A stretch of DNA of 64,000 nucleotides. Source: an uncultured Ruficoccus sp. (lineage in GTDB: Bacteria > Verrucomicrobiota > Verrucomicrobiia > Opitutales > Cerasicoccaceae). The position numbers and the translations under genes were made by a program. Under the pieces are notes generated by a model. That model was not told the origin of the DNA. It made no database searches and saw only the letters and a list, made by a program, of their open reading frames with translations. The stretch spans positions 335,356-399,355 of the forward strand of contig OZ223519.1 of NCBI GenBank assembly GCA_965140785.1, in the 5' to 3' direction. Each line of letters begins with the position of its first letter. Position 1 is the stretch's first letter. This document shows, one piece after another, positions 55,751-64,000 of this stretch.

Positions 55751-57262
55751 ATGTCCCATCTTCGACACCTTTCGATTCTCTCGGTTTTTGTTTCCTTCCT
55801 GATGACAACCGGCGCGTGTCTCAACGCGCAGACGACCTCGTCGGCTCCCTCCCTCTCGCCGCCCGCCGTTCAACGGTCCGAGCCGGGAGACGCCGCTTCC
55901 GCCGCTCCAGAAGCGGCCCCGGCTACCACGCCGGACGCCCCGCAGGACGACTACGAGGCGCTCTTTAATGAGCGGGTCAAGAGCGTGGTCGCGGTGGAGA
56001 TGTTCGTCCAGAACGAGATCGACCGCGATCCGTTGGGCACGGTCGGCGTGGTCTTTGACGAGGAGGGGCGGATCATTCTGGTCGACAGCTCGATCCCGTC
56101 CTGGCTGCCGCCGGAGCGGTTCAAGGACATCCGCGTGCGCCCGCTGGGGCAGGATGTCGAGGGCTACCCGGCCCGCTACCTGGGGCAGGATTTTCTCACC
56201 GGCTACCATTTTATCCAGTTGGAGGAGGGCTTGAAGGACTTCATCCCCGTCACCCGCTGGGGCAAGGCGGACCTGAAGACCGGCCAATTCCTCTGGGGGG
56301 TCGGTGTTATGAACAAGCCCTGGCACTTCATGCCGTACTTTTTGAGCAGCCGCCTCTCGGCCATCGAGAAGCTGCCCTGGGAGCTGGGTTTCACCGTGCG
56401 GTCGGTGACGGCACCGGGCTCGGCGCTGTTTGACTCGCAGGGACGCTTCGCCGGGTGGGGCGGACGGCCCAGCACGGAGGAAAAGCTCCTCATTCTCGAC
56501 GCCGGGCAGCAGCGCCCGGTCGGCCTGCAGGACTTGCGCGAGACGAACGCCTTTCTGACGGTGGACCGTTTTTATGAATTTATCCAGCGCGTGCCCTCGA
56601 CTCCGCTGGGCGACCCGCGCCCGTGGCTCGGGGCGACCGGCATGCAGCCGCTTTCGCGCGAGGTGGCGCAGTTTCTCGGACTGGAGGGGCAGGGGGCTGT
56701 CGTCGTGAGCGACATCATCGAGGCCAGCCCTGCCGCCAAGGCCGACCTGCGCAGCAAGGACATCATTACAGAAATCGACGGCGAGCCCCTGCCCAAGCTC
56801 CGCCCCGATGTCATCATCCCGCGCTACGTGGAGACCGAGATCGGGCAACACGCAATCGGTGACACCCTGACCCTGACCGTCATCCGTGGCGACGAGGAGA
56901 AGCAGATCGAGATCGAGCTGAGCGAGCAGCCCAAGGTGCTGAAGGAGGCAGAGCGCGAGTACTATCCCGGCATCGGCCTGGGCATCCGCGAGTTTCTGCT
57001 CATGGACGGCATCGCCCGGCGCGAACTGCGCACGGATGTCGGTGGCGTCGTGGCGGACTTCATCAAGCCCAACAGCAAGGTCAGCGCCGGGGGCCTTCAG
57101 ACCGGCGACTGGATCAAGGAGATCGACGGCACCGAGATCAACACCTTCGCCCAGGCCGCGCAGATACTTTCCACCATCGAAAGTGATAAAGGCAAGAGTG
57201 AGATCGTTATGCTCGTCGAGCGTGACAACGAGACCAAGGTCCTGCGCATCAAACTGAAGTGA
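55751..57262 (+). CDS. HtrA-like protein with degenerate protease domain and 2 PDZ domains
   Basis: Signal peptide; RPWLG, SPAAKADLRSKDII PDZ motifs; catalytic motifs absent. Confidence 0.75.
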   Translation: MSHLRHLSILSVFVSFLMTTGACLNAQTTSSAPSLSPPAVQRSEPGDAASAAPEAAPATTPDAPQDDYEALFNERVKSVVAVEMFVQNEIDRDPLGTVGVVFDEEGRIILVDSSIPSWLPPERFKDIRVRPLGQDVEGYPARYLGQDFLTGYHFIQLEEGLKDFIPVTRWGKADLKTGQFLWGVGVMNKPWHFMPYFLSSRLSAIEKLPWELGFTVRSVTAPGSALFDSQGRFAGWGGRPSTEEKLLILDAGQQRPVGLQDLRETNAFLTVDRFYEFIQRVPSTPLGDPRPWLGATGMQPLSREVAQFLGLEGQGAVVVSDIIEASPAAKADLRSKDIITEIDGEPLPKLRPDVIIPRYVETEIGQHAIGDTLTLTVIRGDEEKQIEIELSEQPKVLKEAEREYYPGIGLGIREFLLMDGIARRELRTDVGGVVADFIKPNSKVSAGGLQTGDWIKEIDGTEINTFAQAAQILSTIESDKGKSEIVMLVERDNETKVLRIKLK

Positions 57263-57273
57263 GGGGGGTAGTG

Positions 57274-57315
57274 GTCATTTGTCATTAGTCATTTGTTACT
57301 GGTTATGGGTCATTG
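57274..57315. repeat. 7-bp tandem repeat (GTCATTN-like x6)
   Basis: GTCATTT GTCATTA GTCATTT GTTACTG GTTATGG GTCATTG. Confidence 0.7.
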
Positions 57316-57366
57316 GGATTTTACTTACACTAACTGAAAAACTGCTAATCGTTTAACGGACAACCG

Positions 57367-57960
57367 ATGTTTACGGGAATTGTGGAAGAAACGGGGGAGG
57401 TCGTCTCCTTCACCGAGGAAAAGGAAGCCTGGCGGCTGGTCATTCGCGCCCAGCTCGTGCTCGACGGCCTCAAGGTCGGAGACAGCCTGGCCTGCAACGG
57501 CTGCTGCCTGACCATTGTCGAGATCGACGGGGCCACGCTGCGCTTCGACCTGCTGGCGCAGACCGTGCGGCTAACCTCGTTCGCGGACCTCGCGCCCGGC
57601 TCCCTGATCAATCTGGAGCGCAGCCTGGCCGCCGATGGCCGCCTGGGCGGCCACTTCGTGCAGGGGCACATCGACGAGACCGGGACGATTTCCGTGATCG
57701 AGGAGCGCGGCAAGGACATCTACATCCGGATAAAAATCCCCGCCGGCACCGGCAAGTACCTCGCTCCCAAGGGCAGCATCTCCATCGACGGCATTTCCCT
57801 CACCGTGGCCGAGTTGCACGAGGACGGCTTCGCGGTGTGGATCATCCCGCACACCCGCGAGGTGACCAACCTCCAGCAGAAAAAGGCCGGCGACCGCGTC
57901 AACCTCGAGTTCGACATGCTCGCCAAGTACCTGGAGCGGCTGTTGAACAAGGACGCCTGA
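57367..57960 (+). CDS. ribE: riboflavin synthase alpha chain
   Basis: MFTGIVEE, NGCCLT, NLERSL, GGHFVQGHID, VNLEFD. Confidence 0.96.
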   Translation: MFTGIVEETGEVVSFTEEKEAWRLVIRAQLVLDGLKVGDSLACNGCCLTIVEIDGATLRFDLLAQTVRLTSFADLAPGSLINLERSLAADGRLGGHFVQGHIDETGTISVIEERGKDIYIRIKIPAGTGKYLAPKGSISIDGISLTVAELHEDGFAVWIIPHTREVTNLQQKKAGDRVNLEFDMLAKYLERLLNKDA

Positions 57961-57980
57961 GTCGGGCTGCTTTTTATTTT

Positions 57981-58178
57981 AACCGCCAAGAACGCTAAGA
58001 GCGCGAAGGGGGATACGCGGCGGGCGTCCGTTCTGATCTCTCTTTGCGGCCTTGGCGTTCTTTGTGGTTTTTTCTTAAACCTTTCTGCTTTGTGCCTTTG
58101 CGAGAGATTGCCTCTCCTCATCGCGCAAACCCGCCCACAGGCGGATTTTCCTTTGCGCCTTTGCGCCTTTGCGGTAAA
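57981..58178. repeat. composite of inverted 8-9-bp tandem-repeat arms
   Basis: AACCGCCAAGAACGCTAAG.. / ..CTTGGCGTTCTTTGTGGTT (57981-58069); CCTTTGCG x3 + GTAAA (58150-58178). Confidence 0.8.
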
Positions 58179-58193
58179 GCTTTTCCCCAACTT

Positions 58194-59246
58194 ATGCGCA
58201 CCGAACTGCTGGCCGTCGTCGATGAACTCAAGCGCCTCCGCGAGGAGGGCGTGAGCAGCGTCCCGGTCAGCGAGGCTTCCCTCGGGGCGCTGCGCGAGGC
58301 CGTTGCCCGTCGCCAGGCCGAGGCCGCTCCCGCTTCTACATCAGGCGCGGAGAGCCGGGGAGGAGGGGATGCCTTTTCTGGCGGTGCAACAGTCTCCACG
58401 CCTGAGCTGGCTCCGGCCGACCGGCGTCCGTACTCCGAGACGACCCGCGACTCGGGCGAGCGCGCCACGGGGATTGTCTTGCCCGGCGCGGAACCCACCG
58501 CCCCGGCGGCGAAAAAGAAAGCCGCCCCCGCTGTTCATGCCAGCAAGCTCGGCGCCTCGGGTGCCCCCGGCCTGCCGGACTTCGTCAAGCCCATCCCCGC
58601 GCCGACGCCTTTTACCCTGCCCGAGGGCGACAAGCAGACCCGTTGGGACTGGCTCAAGGACAAGGTTTTGAACGACCCGGTCTGCCTGGAACACGTCAAG
58701 CCGGGCAAGAAACTCGTCCTTGGCGTGGGCAGCCTGGATGCGGATATTTTCTTCTGCGGTGAGGCACCCGGCAAAGACGAGGAGGAGCAGGGCGAGCCCT
58801 TCGTCGGGGCCGCCGGTGAGCTTCTGACCAAGATTATCGGCGCGATGGGTCTGAAGCGCGAGCAGGTCTATATCGGCAACATCATGAACTGGCGGCCCGA
58901 GCACGACAAGCCCTTCGGCAACCGCAAGCCGGTCGAGATCGAGATGGCTTACTGCCTGCCGCACCTCAAGGCGCAGATCGAGATCGTCCGGCCCCAGGTC
59001 ATCGTGGCGCTCGGCGCGACCGCGGTGGACGGGCTCTTCGGCTTCGGCGAAGGGCAGGGCATCCGGCGCAAACGCGGTTCCTGGCGCGAGTTCGACGGCA
59101 TCCCGACCGTTATCACTTTCCACCCCTCCTATCTGCTCCACCAGGGCTCGATGCAGGTCAAACGCCAGGTCTGGGAGGACATGCTCGCCGTGATGGATAA
59201 AACCGGCCTGCCCATCTCCGACAAACAGCGTGGGTATTTTACCTGA
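58194..59246 (+). CDS. uracil-DNA glycosylase family 4 with low-complexity N-terminal extension
   Basis: GEAPG..E..GEPFVGAAG, TFHPSYLL. Confidence 0.9.
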   Translation: MRTELLAVVDELKRLREEGVSSVPVSEASLGALREAVARRQAEAAPASTSGAESRGGGDAFSGGATVSTPELAPADRRPYSETTRDSGERATGIVLPGAEPTAPAAKKKAAPAVHASKLGASGAPGLPDFVKPIPAPTPFTLPEGDKQTRWDWLKDKVLNDPVCLEHVKPGKKLVLGVGSLDADIFFCGEAPGKDEEEQGEPFVGAAGELLTKIIGAMGLKREQVYIGNIMNWRPEHDKPFGNRKPVEIEMAYCLPHLKAQIEIVRPQVIVALGATAVDGLFGFGEGQGIRRKRGSWREFDGIPTVITFHPSYLLHQGSMQVKRQVWEDMLAVMDKTGLPISDKQRGYFT

Positions 59247-59357
59247 GGCCGGACGAGGACCGTCTGGTTTACTTGGGCGGATGCGGCGGCGGAAATAAGG
59301 CCTTTTTCGCGTAAGCGGAGCTTGCCTATTCGGGGATTTAGCCAACCTTACGCCTCT

Positions 59358-60665
59358 ATGTCTCCTCTTCTCTCTCAGAAATGCCGGGCGGGCGTCCGCC
59401 TCGGTGGTGGATGCTTGCTATTGGCCGGGCTGTTTTCCGGCACTCTCGCCGCCTCCGAGCAGAGCGACATCGAGGCCATCGTGGAGCAGTACTATACCGA
59501 TCCGGGCCACGCCCAGATTCCCGGCATGCTGGTCGGCGTGTGGGACGGAGACACCGCCGTCTCCGTGACGAAACGCGGCTACAGCGACCTCGACCTGAAC
59601 GCCGGGGGCTCGCCGGGTCCCGGCGCGGTGCCGATGGAGTTTAGCGACCAGATGCGCATCGCCAGCGTCACCAAGACTTTTACCGTGACCCGCATCCTCC
59701 AGCTCGCCGCCGCGGGCAGCCTCAGCCTGGACGACCCGATCTCCAAGTACGACGGCATGGGGGGGATTTCACTCGCCGATTTGAACATCGACCCGAGCTT
59801 CAACGCCGGGAACCCGATTACGCTCCGCGACCTGGCGCGGATGACGAGCAGCCTGGCGGATTACTCCAGCTCGCCGGGCATGATCGCCGGGCTTCAGAAC
59901 GACCTCACCACTTCGTACACCGAGCCGCAACTGCTGGACTTCGCCCGCGGCCTGCCCGCCACTCCGGCGAGCTGGACCTACACCAACACCAACACCCTCC
60001 TGCTGGGCATGGTGGTCGAGGCGGTGACCGGGAACACGCTGGGCGAGGAGCTGCAAACCCATGTCTTTGATCCGGTCGGACTTTCCTCGGGCACTTATTA
60101 TCCCGATGACATCACCTTTACCGGGACCCACGCGCATGGCTACACCCCCGACGGGGAGGACGTTTACGAGGACGTGACTGCGACGAACCCGAGCATTGCC
60201 GCCGGGGCCGGGGCGATGATCTCGACCTTCGACGACCTGCGCATCTGGGCCGAGGTGCTGGCCACCGGCATGCTCGAGAACGGCAACTCCCTCTACGGTA
60301 TCGGGGGCGAGTACATCCAGGCCGAGCGGCTCCAGATGGTTGCCGCCGACGGGGACGGGCCGTACTACGACGAGTACGGCCTGGGGATCGGAGAGATCGA
60401 AGGCTGGATCGGCCATAGCGGGGAGTTTCTCGGCTACGAGCACATCATCATGGTCGATCCCGAAACCGGCCGCCTGGTGGTGATTATGGTCAACATCGGT
60501 GGTTACGGAGACGACCCGCACCTGCCCACGGAGCTTTTTATCAAGATCGCTGATTACTACGCCTCCGTGCCGGAGCCGTCCACGTTCGCGTTTCTCGGCT
60601 TGGCCGGGGTGGGGGCGCTGGTGGTTCACCGGCGCTGGCGTGCCCGGCGCCGGAGTGATGCTTAA
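59358..60665 (+). CDS. PEP-CTERM-anchored serine hydrolase (beta-lactamase/DD-peptidase fold)
   Basis: SVTK (SxxK), YTN, GHSG; C-terminal VPEPS-TM-RRWRARRR. Confidence 0.85.
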   Translation: MSPLLSQKCRAGVRLGGGCLLLAGLFSGTLAASEQSDIEAIVEQYYTDPGHAQIPGMLVGVWDGDTAVSVTKRGYSDLDLNAGGSPGPGAVPMEFSDQMRIASVTKTFTVTRILQLAAAGSLSLDDPISKYDGMGGISLADLNIDPSFNAGNPITLRDLARMTSSLADYSSSPGMIAGLQNDLTTSYTEPQLLDFARGLPATPASWTYTNTNTLLLGMVVEAVTGNTLGEELQTHVFDPVGLSSGTYYPDDITFTGTHAHGYTPDGEDVYEDVTATNPSIAAGAGAMISTFDDLRIWAEVLATGMLENGNSLYGIGGEYIQAERLQMVAADGDGPYYDEYGLGIGEIEGWIGHSGEFLGYEHIIMVDPETGRLVVIMVNIGGYGDDPHLPTELFIKIADYYASVPEPSTFAFLGLAGVGALVVHRRWRARRRSDA

Positions 60666-60757
60666 GCGCTTGCGGACGGGGCACTTCTCTCGCGGAAGGC
60701 CTGCTTTTTTATTGCGTTGGCGGCGGGCGGGGGCCATGTATGTTCCTTTTTTCCGCG

Positions 60758-61237
60758 ATGAATCCTGTCCTCAAACTCCTCCTCGAAGGCGAACCCCTCA
60801 GCACTGAGCAGATGGGCGAAGTGCTCGGCATGTCCGAGACCGAGATCGCCGTCGAGCTGGAGAAGCTCAAGGAGGAGGGCATCCTCATGGGCTGGCGCCC
60901 GATCATCAACCCGGAGTTCGACGAAGAGGTCGTGCGCGCTGTGATCGAGGTGAAAATCAGCCCCGAGCGCGGGGGCGGCTTCGACCGGTTGGCCGAGCGC
61001 ATCAGCAAGTTCGACCGCGTCGAATCCTGCTACCTGATGTCCGGGGCCTACGACCTGCTGCTGGTCATCCACGCCGAGAATTTGAAGCGCATCGCCTCCT
61101 TTGTCTTCGAAAAGCTGGCCACGCTGGAGGGCGTCGTCTCGACCGCCACGCATTTCATGCTCAAGGCCTACAAGGAGCAGGGCTACATTCTCGCCCGCCC
61201 CGCCGCCGCAGAAGACAAACCCCCGGTGTCGCCGTAG
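60758..61237 (+). CDS. Lrp/AsnC family regulator
   Basis: N-terminal HTH, YLMSGAYDL, TATHFMLK; adjacent aminotransferase. Confidence 0.9.
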   Translation: MNPVLKLLLEGEPLSTEQMGEVLGMSETEIAVELEKLKEEGILMGWRPIINPEFDEEVVRAVIEVKISPERGGGFDRLAERISKFDRVESCYLMSGAYDLLLVIHAENLKRIASFVFEKLATLEGVVSTATHFMLKAYKEQGYILARPAAAEDKPPVSP

Positions 61238-61242
61238 GCGAT

Positions 61243-61359
61243 GTTTGAGAGTTTGAAAGTTTGAGGGTTTGAGAGTTTGCGCCCGAGGATGACTGAACTC
61301 TCGGGCGAAAAGTTTTTGTATTTAACTTTCAAACCTTCAAACTTTTGAACCTTCAAACT
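61243..61359. repeat. inverted array of 8-bp tandem repeats
   Basis: (GTTTGARR)x4-5 ... (YYTTCAAAC-like)x4 between asnC and the aminotransferase. Confidence 0.85.
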
Positions 61360-61363
61360 TCCT

Positions 61364-62539
61364 ATGAGCACTGCGAATAGATTCGTGGCCAAGCACGTCT
61401 CCGGGCTTCCGCGCTCGGGCATCCGTGACTTTTTCGCCATCGTCTCCCAGATGAAGGACGCGATCTCGCTCGGTATCGGCGAGCCGGACTTCGTGACACC
61501 GTGGCACATCCGCGAGGCTGCTATCTACGCGCTCGAGCGCGGCAAGACCTCCTACACGGACAACCGCGGGCTGCTGCGCCTGCGGCAGGTACTGGCCGAC
61601 TACATCGGGGCAAACTTCGGCATGGCCTACCGGCCCGAGAACGAAATTCTGGTCACCGTCGGGGTCTCCGAAGCGCTCGACATCGCCCTGCGCGCCATTA
61701 TCGATCCCGGCGACAAGGTGCTCTACCACGAGCCTTGTTATGTCTCGTACCACCCGAGCGTGACACTCGTGCACGGGCAGGCCATCCCCATCGCCACCTC
61801 GGCGGCGGACGACTTCGCGCTCGACCCGGACAAGGTGATCGAGGCCTGGGAGCCGGGCGTGAAGGCGCTCATCCTGAACTTTCCGACCAACCCGACCGGC
61901 GGCGTGACCGACCGCGCCAAGCTGGAGAAGCTGGCCAAGTTCGTCATCGAAAAGGACATCCTCGTGATCAGCGACGAGGTGTACGCCGAGCTGACCTACG
62001 AGGGCACGCACACCTCCATCGCGAGCCTGCCGGGCATGCAGGAGCGCACGATCTTCCTGCACGGTTTTTCCAAGGCCTGGGCGATGACGGGCTTCCGGCT
62101 CGGTTTCGCCTGCGGCCCGGCCCCGCTGGTCGAGGCCATGATGAAGGTCCACCAATACGCCATGATGTGCGCCCCCATCCTCAGCCAGGAGGCCGGGATC
62201 GAGGCCATTACCAATGGCGCCGAGAGCGTGGCGAAGATGAAGGAGCAGTACCAGCGCCGCCGCGATTACGTGACCCGCCGCTTCAACGAAATCGGCCTCA
62301 AATGCCATGTGCCCAAGGGCACCTTCTACGCCTTCCCGGCGCTGCCGAAGGGCTTCCAGGGCACCTCGATGGAGTTCTGCCAGGGCTTGCTCCAGTCGGA
62401 AAAAGTCGCCGTCGTCCCGGGCACGGCCTTCGGCCCCAGCGGCGAAGGCTTCTTCCGCGCCAGCTTCTCCAACAGCTACGAACAACTCATCGCCGCCACC
62501 GAAGCCATCGAGCGGCATGTGGGTACATTGGAGTTGTAG
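61364..62539 (+). CDS. class I/II PLP aminotransferase
   Basis: GEPDF, NFPTNPTG, SDEVY, FSKAWAMTGFRLG. Confidence 0.93.
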   Translation: MSTANRFVAKHVSGLPRSGIRDFFAIVSQMKDAISLGIGEPDFVTPWHIREAAIYALERGKTSYTDNRGLLRLRQVLADYIGANFGMAYRPENEILVTVGVSEALDIALRAIIDPGDKVLYHEPCYVSYHPSVTLVHGQAIPIATSAADDFALDPDKVIEAWEPGVKALILNFPTNPTGGVTDRAKLEKLAKFVIEKDILVISDEVYAELTYEGTHTSIASLPGMQERTIFLHGFSKAWAMTGFRLGFACGPAPLVEAMMKVHQYAMMCAPILSQEAGIEAITNGAESVAKMKEQYQRRRDYVTRRFNEIGLKCHVPKGTFYAFPALPKGFQGTSMEFCQGLLQSEKVAVVPGTAFGPSGEGFFRASFSNSYEQLIAATEAIERHVGTLEL

Positions 62540-62579
62540 TTTTTTTATTAACCACAGAGGCACAGATAGGGAGTGCAAT

Positions 62580-63026
62580 ATGTTTACAAATCGAATGAAG
62601 TGGTTGTCTAGTCTACTCGGTTTGCATGCTCTGTTGCTCCTTGGTTGTGACCACAAAATAAGGCCGGAATCTTCTTCTTACCAATACCGGTTGTTGATCG
62701 GGACGACTTCTCTTCCTGCCTATGATAGTGTTAGAGTGGGCGAGATTTTCGGTGGTGAGAAACCGTTGATGGTCTTAGCTCCTGACGCCTACGGTACAAT
62801 CAGCCTCATCGAGAATGGTTTGCCTGGTACGACGTTTCATCATGGGGGTATTGTATGGGGCGAGAACGAGGGACGTTTCGCTATCGAAGGGGAGAATACG
62901 CGTGAGTTGGTGATTTACGTGTTGGAACGTAAAGCAGACGAAAAACATATCGTTAGATGTAAATTCAAAATACCTGAGGGTGAAATCGATAGATGGACAA
63001 TCACTTTGCCACTTCAGGAACCCTGA
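62580..63026 (+). CDS. low-GC putative lipoprotein
   Basis: LLLLGC lipobox; GGGAG RBS; AT-richer than flanks. Confidence 0.6.
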   Translation: MFTNRMKWLSSLLGLHALLLLGCDHKIRPESSSYQYRLLIGTTSLPAYDSVRVGEIFGGEKPLMVLAPDAYGTISLIENGLPGTTFHHGGIVWGENEGRFAIEGENTRELVIYVLERKADEKHIVRCKFKIPEGEIDRWTITLPLQEP

Positions 63027-63082
63027 CCGTTTTTCTTTGCGCTCTTTGCGCCCTTTGCGGTTAAATCTCCATTTACACATTT

Positions 63083-64000
63083 ATGAATCTCGAACGTAGC
63101 GTGGCCCTCGTTGGCCGTCCCAATGTCGGCAAGAGCCGGATCTTTAACCGACTCGTCGGGCGGCGCGTGGCCATCGTTCACGACCAGCCGGGTGTGACCC
63201 GCGACCTCGCCGCCGAGAAAGTGGAGGAGGGCGGCTACACGCTGATGGACACCGGCGGCATCGGCATCAAGCCCGAGATGACCCCGGAGATGATTCACGC
63301 CGCGACCGAGGAGCAGGCGGACTTTGCCATGATGGCCGCCTCGCTCGTGCTCTTTGTCGTGGATGCCTCCGAAGGGCTGACCACAGTGGACGAGGAGCTG
63401 GCCATTCAGCTTCGCCAGTACAACAAGCCCACCATCCTGGTCATGAACAAGATGGACCGCAAGGGCTCCAGCACGCACCAGCTTGAGTTCGTGAAGCTCG
63501 GGTTCAAGCCCGCCTGCGGCGTTTCCGCCGAGCACGGCAACGGCTTCGACCGCTTGCAGGACGCGATTTTAAAAATCCTCGGCCCCGCCCCGGAGTCCGA
63601 TGAGCCGGAGAAAAAAGGCCCGCGCCGCACGCGCATCTGCCTCGCCGGCAAGCCCAACGTCGGCAAGTCCTCGCTCGGCAACCGCCTGCTCAACTCCGGC
63701 CGGCTGATCGTCAGCGAAGTGGCCGGGACGACGCGCGACTCTATCGAAGCGGACCTGGACTACACGCTTAAGGACGGCGAGGTTATGCACTTGCGGCTCG
63801 TCGATACCGCCGGTCTCAAGCCCAAGCGCAAGCTCGGCTCGTCGCTGGATTACTTTTCGGGTTTGCGCTCGGAGGAGGCGATCCGCCGCTCCGACGTGAC
63901 CTTTCTCGTGCTCGACGCCATGACCGGCGTGACCAAGCACGACAAAAAGCTGGCCGGGGAAATCCTGGAGGCGGGCGTCGGGCTGGTTATTGTCGTGAAC
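63083..64000 (+). CDS. der: ribosome biogenesis GTPase Der, 3'-partial
   Basis: Two G domains: GRPNVGKS..DTGG..NKMD and GKPNVGKSS..DTAG. Confidence 0.96.
   Translation, partial: MNLERSVALVGRPNVGKSRIFNRLVGRRVAIVHDQPGVTRDLAAEKVEEGGYTLMDTGGIGIKPEMTPEMIHAATEEQADFAMMAASLVLFVVDASEGLTTVDEELAIQLRQYNKPTILVMNKMDRKGSSTHQLEFVKLGFKPACGVSAEHGNGFDRLQDAILKILGPAPESDEPEKKGPRRTRICLAGKPNVGKSSLGNRLLNSGRLIVSEVAGTTRDSIEADLDYTLKDGEVMHLRLVDTAGLKPKRKLGSSLDYFSGLRSEEAIRRSDVTFLVLDAMTGVTKHDKKLAGEILEAGVGLVIVVN

Overview
GC-rich bacterial chromosome segment, most likely Verrucomicrobiota/Opitutia. This is inferred from three PEP-CTERM proteins, a prepilin/H-X9-DG protein, stand-alone FecR-like proteins and a HAL2-type nucleotidase. 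Housekeeping content: sigma-54 activator, tRNA-Gly(GCC), bioABDF-(H-like)-C operon with a candidate BirA operator, ppgK, trpS, pckG, metK-ahcY, obgE, ilvB with a Val/Leu leader-peptide attenuator, lpxI, leuS, two HtrA-like genes, riboflavin synthase, udg and der. The most notable non-housekeeping structures are: (1) a small integron cassette array without an integrase at 45.6-46.8 kb (two attC sites, three cassette starts); (2) a tRNA-3'-end-duplicating palindromic element after tRNA-Gly; (3) many inverted arrays of 7-9-bp tandem repeats, one bracketing a low-GC gene and one half-element lying in frame inside leuS; (4) a ~90-aa in-frame insertion in BioF; (5) PEP-CTERM-anchored hydrolases; (6) a stand-alone double-AP2 protein. 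About ten single-base insertions in pckG look like sequencing errors. All calls come from reading motifs by eye; no database searches were run.
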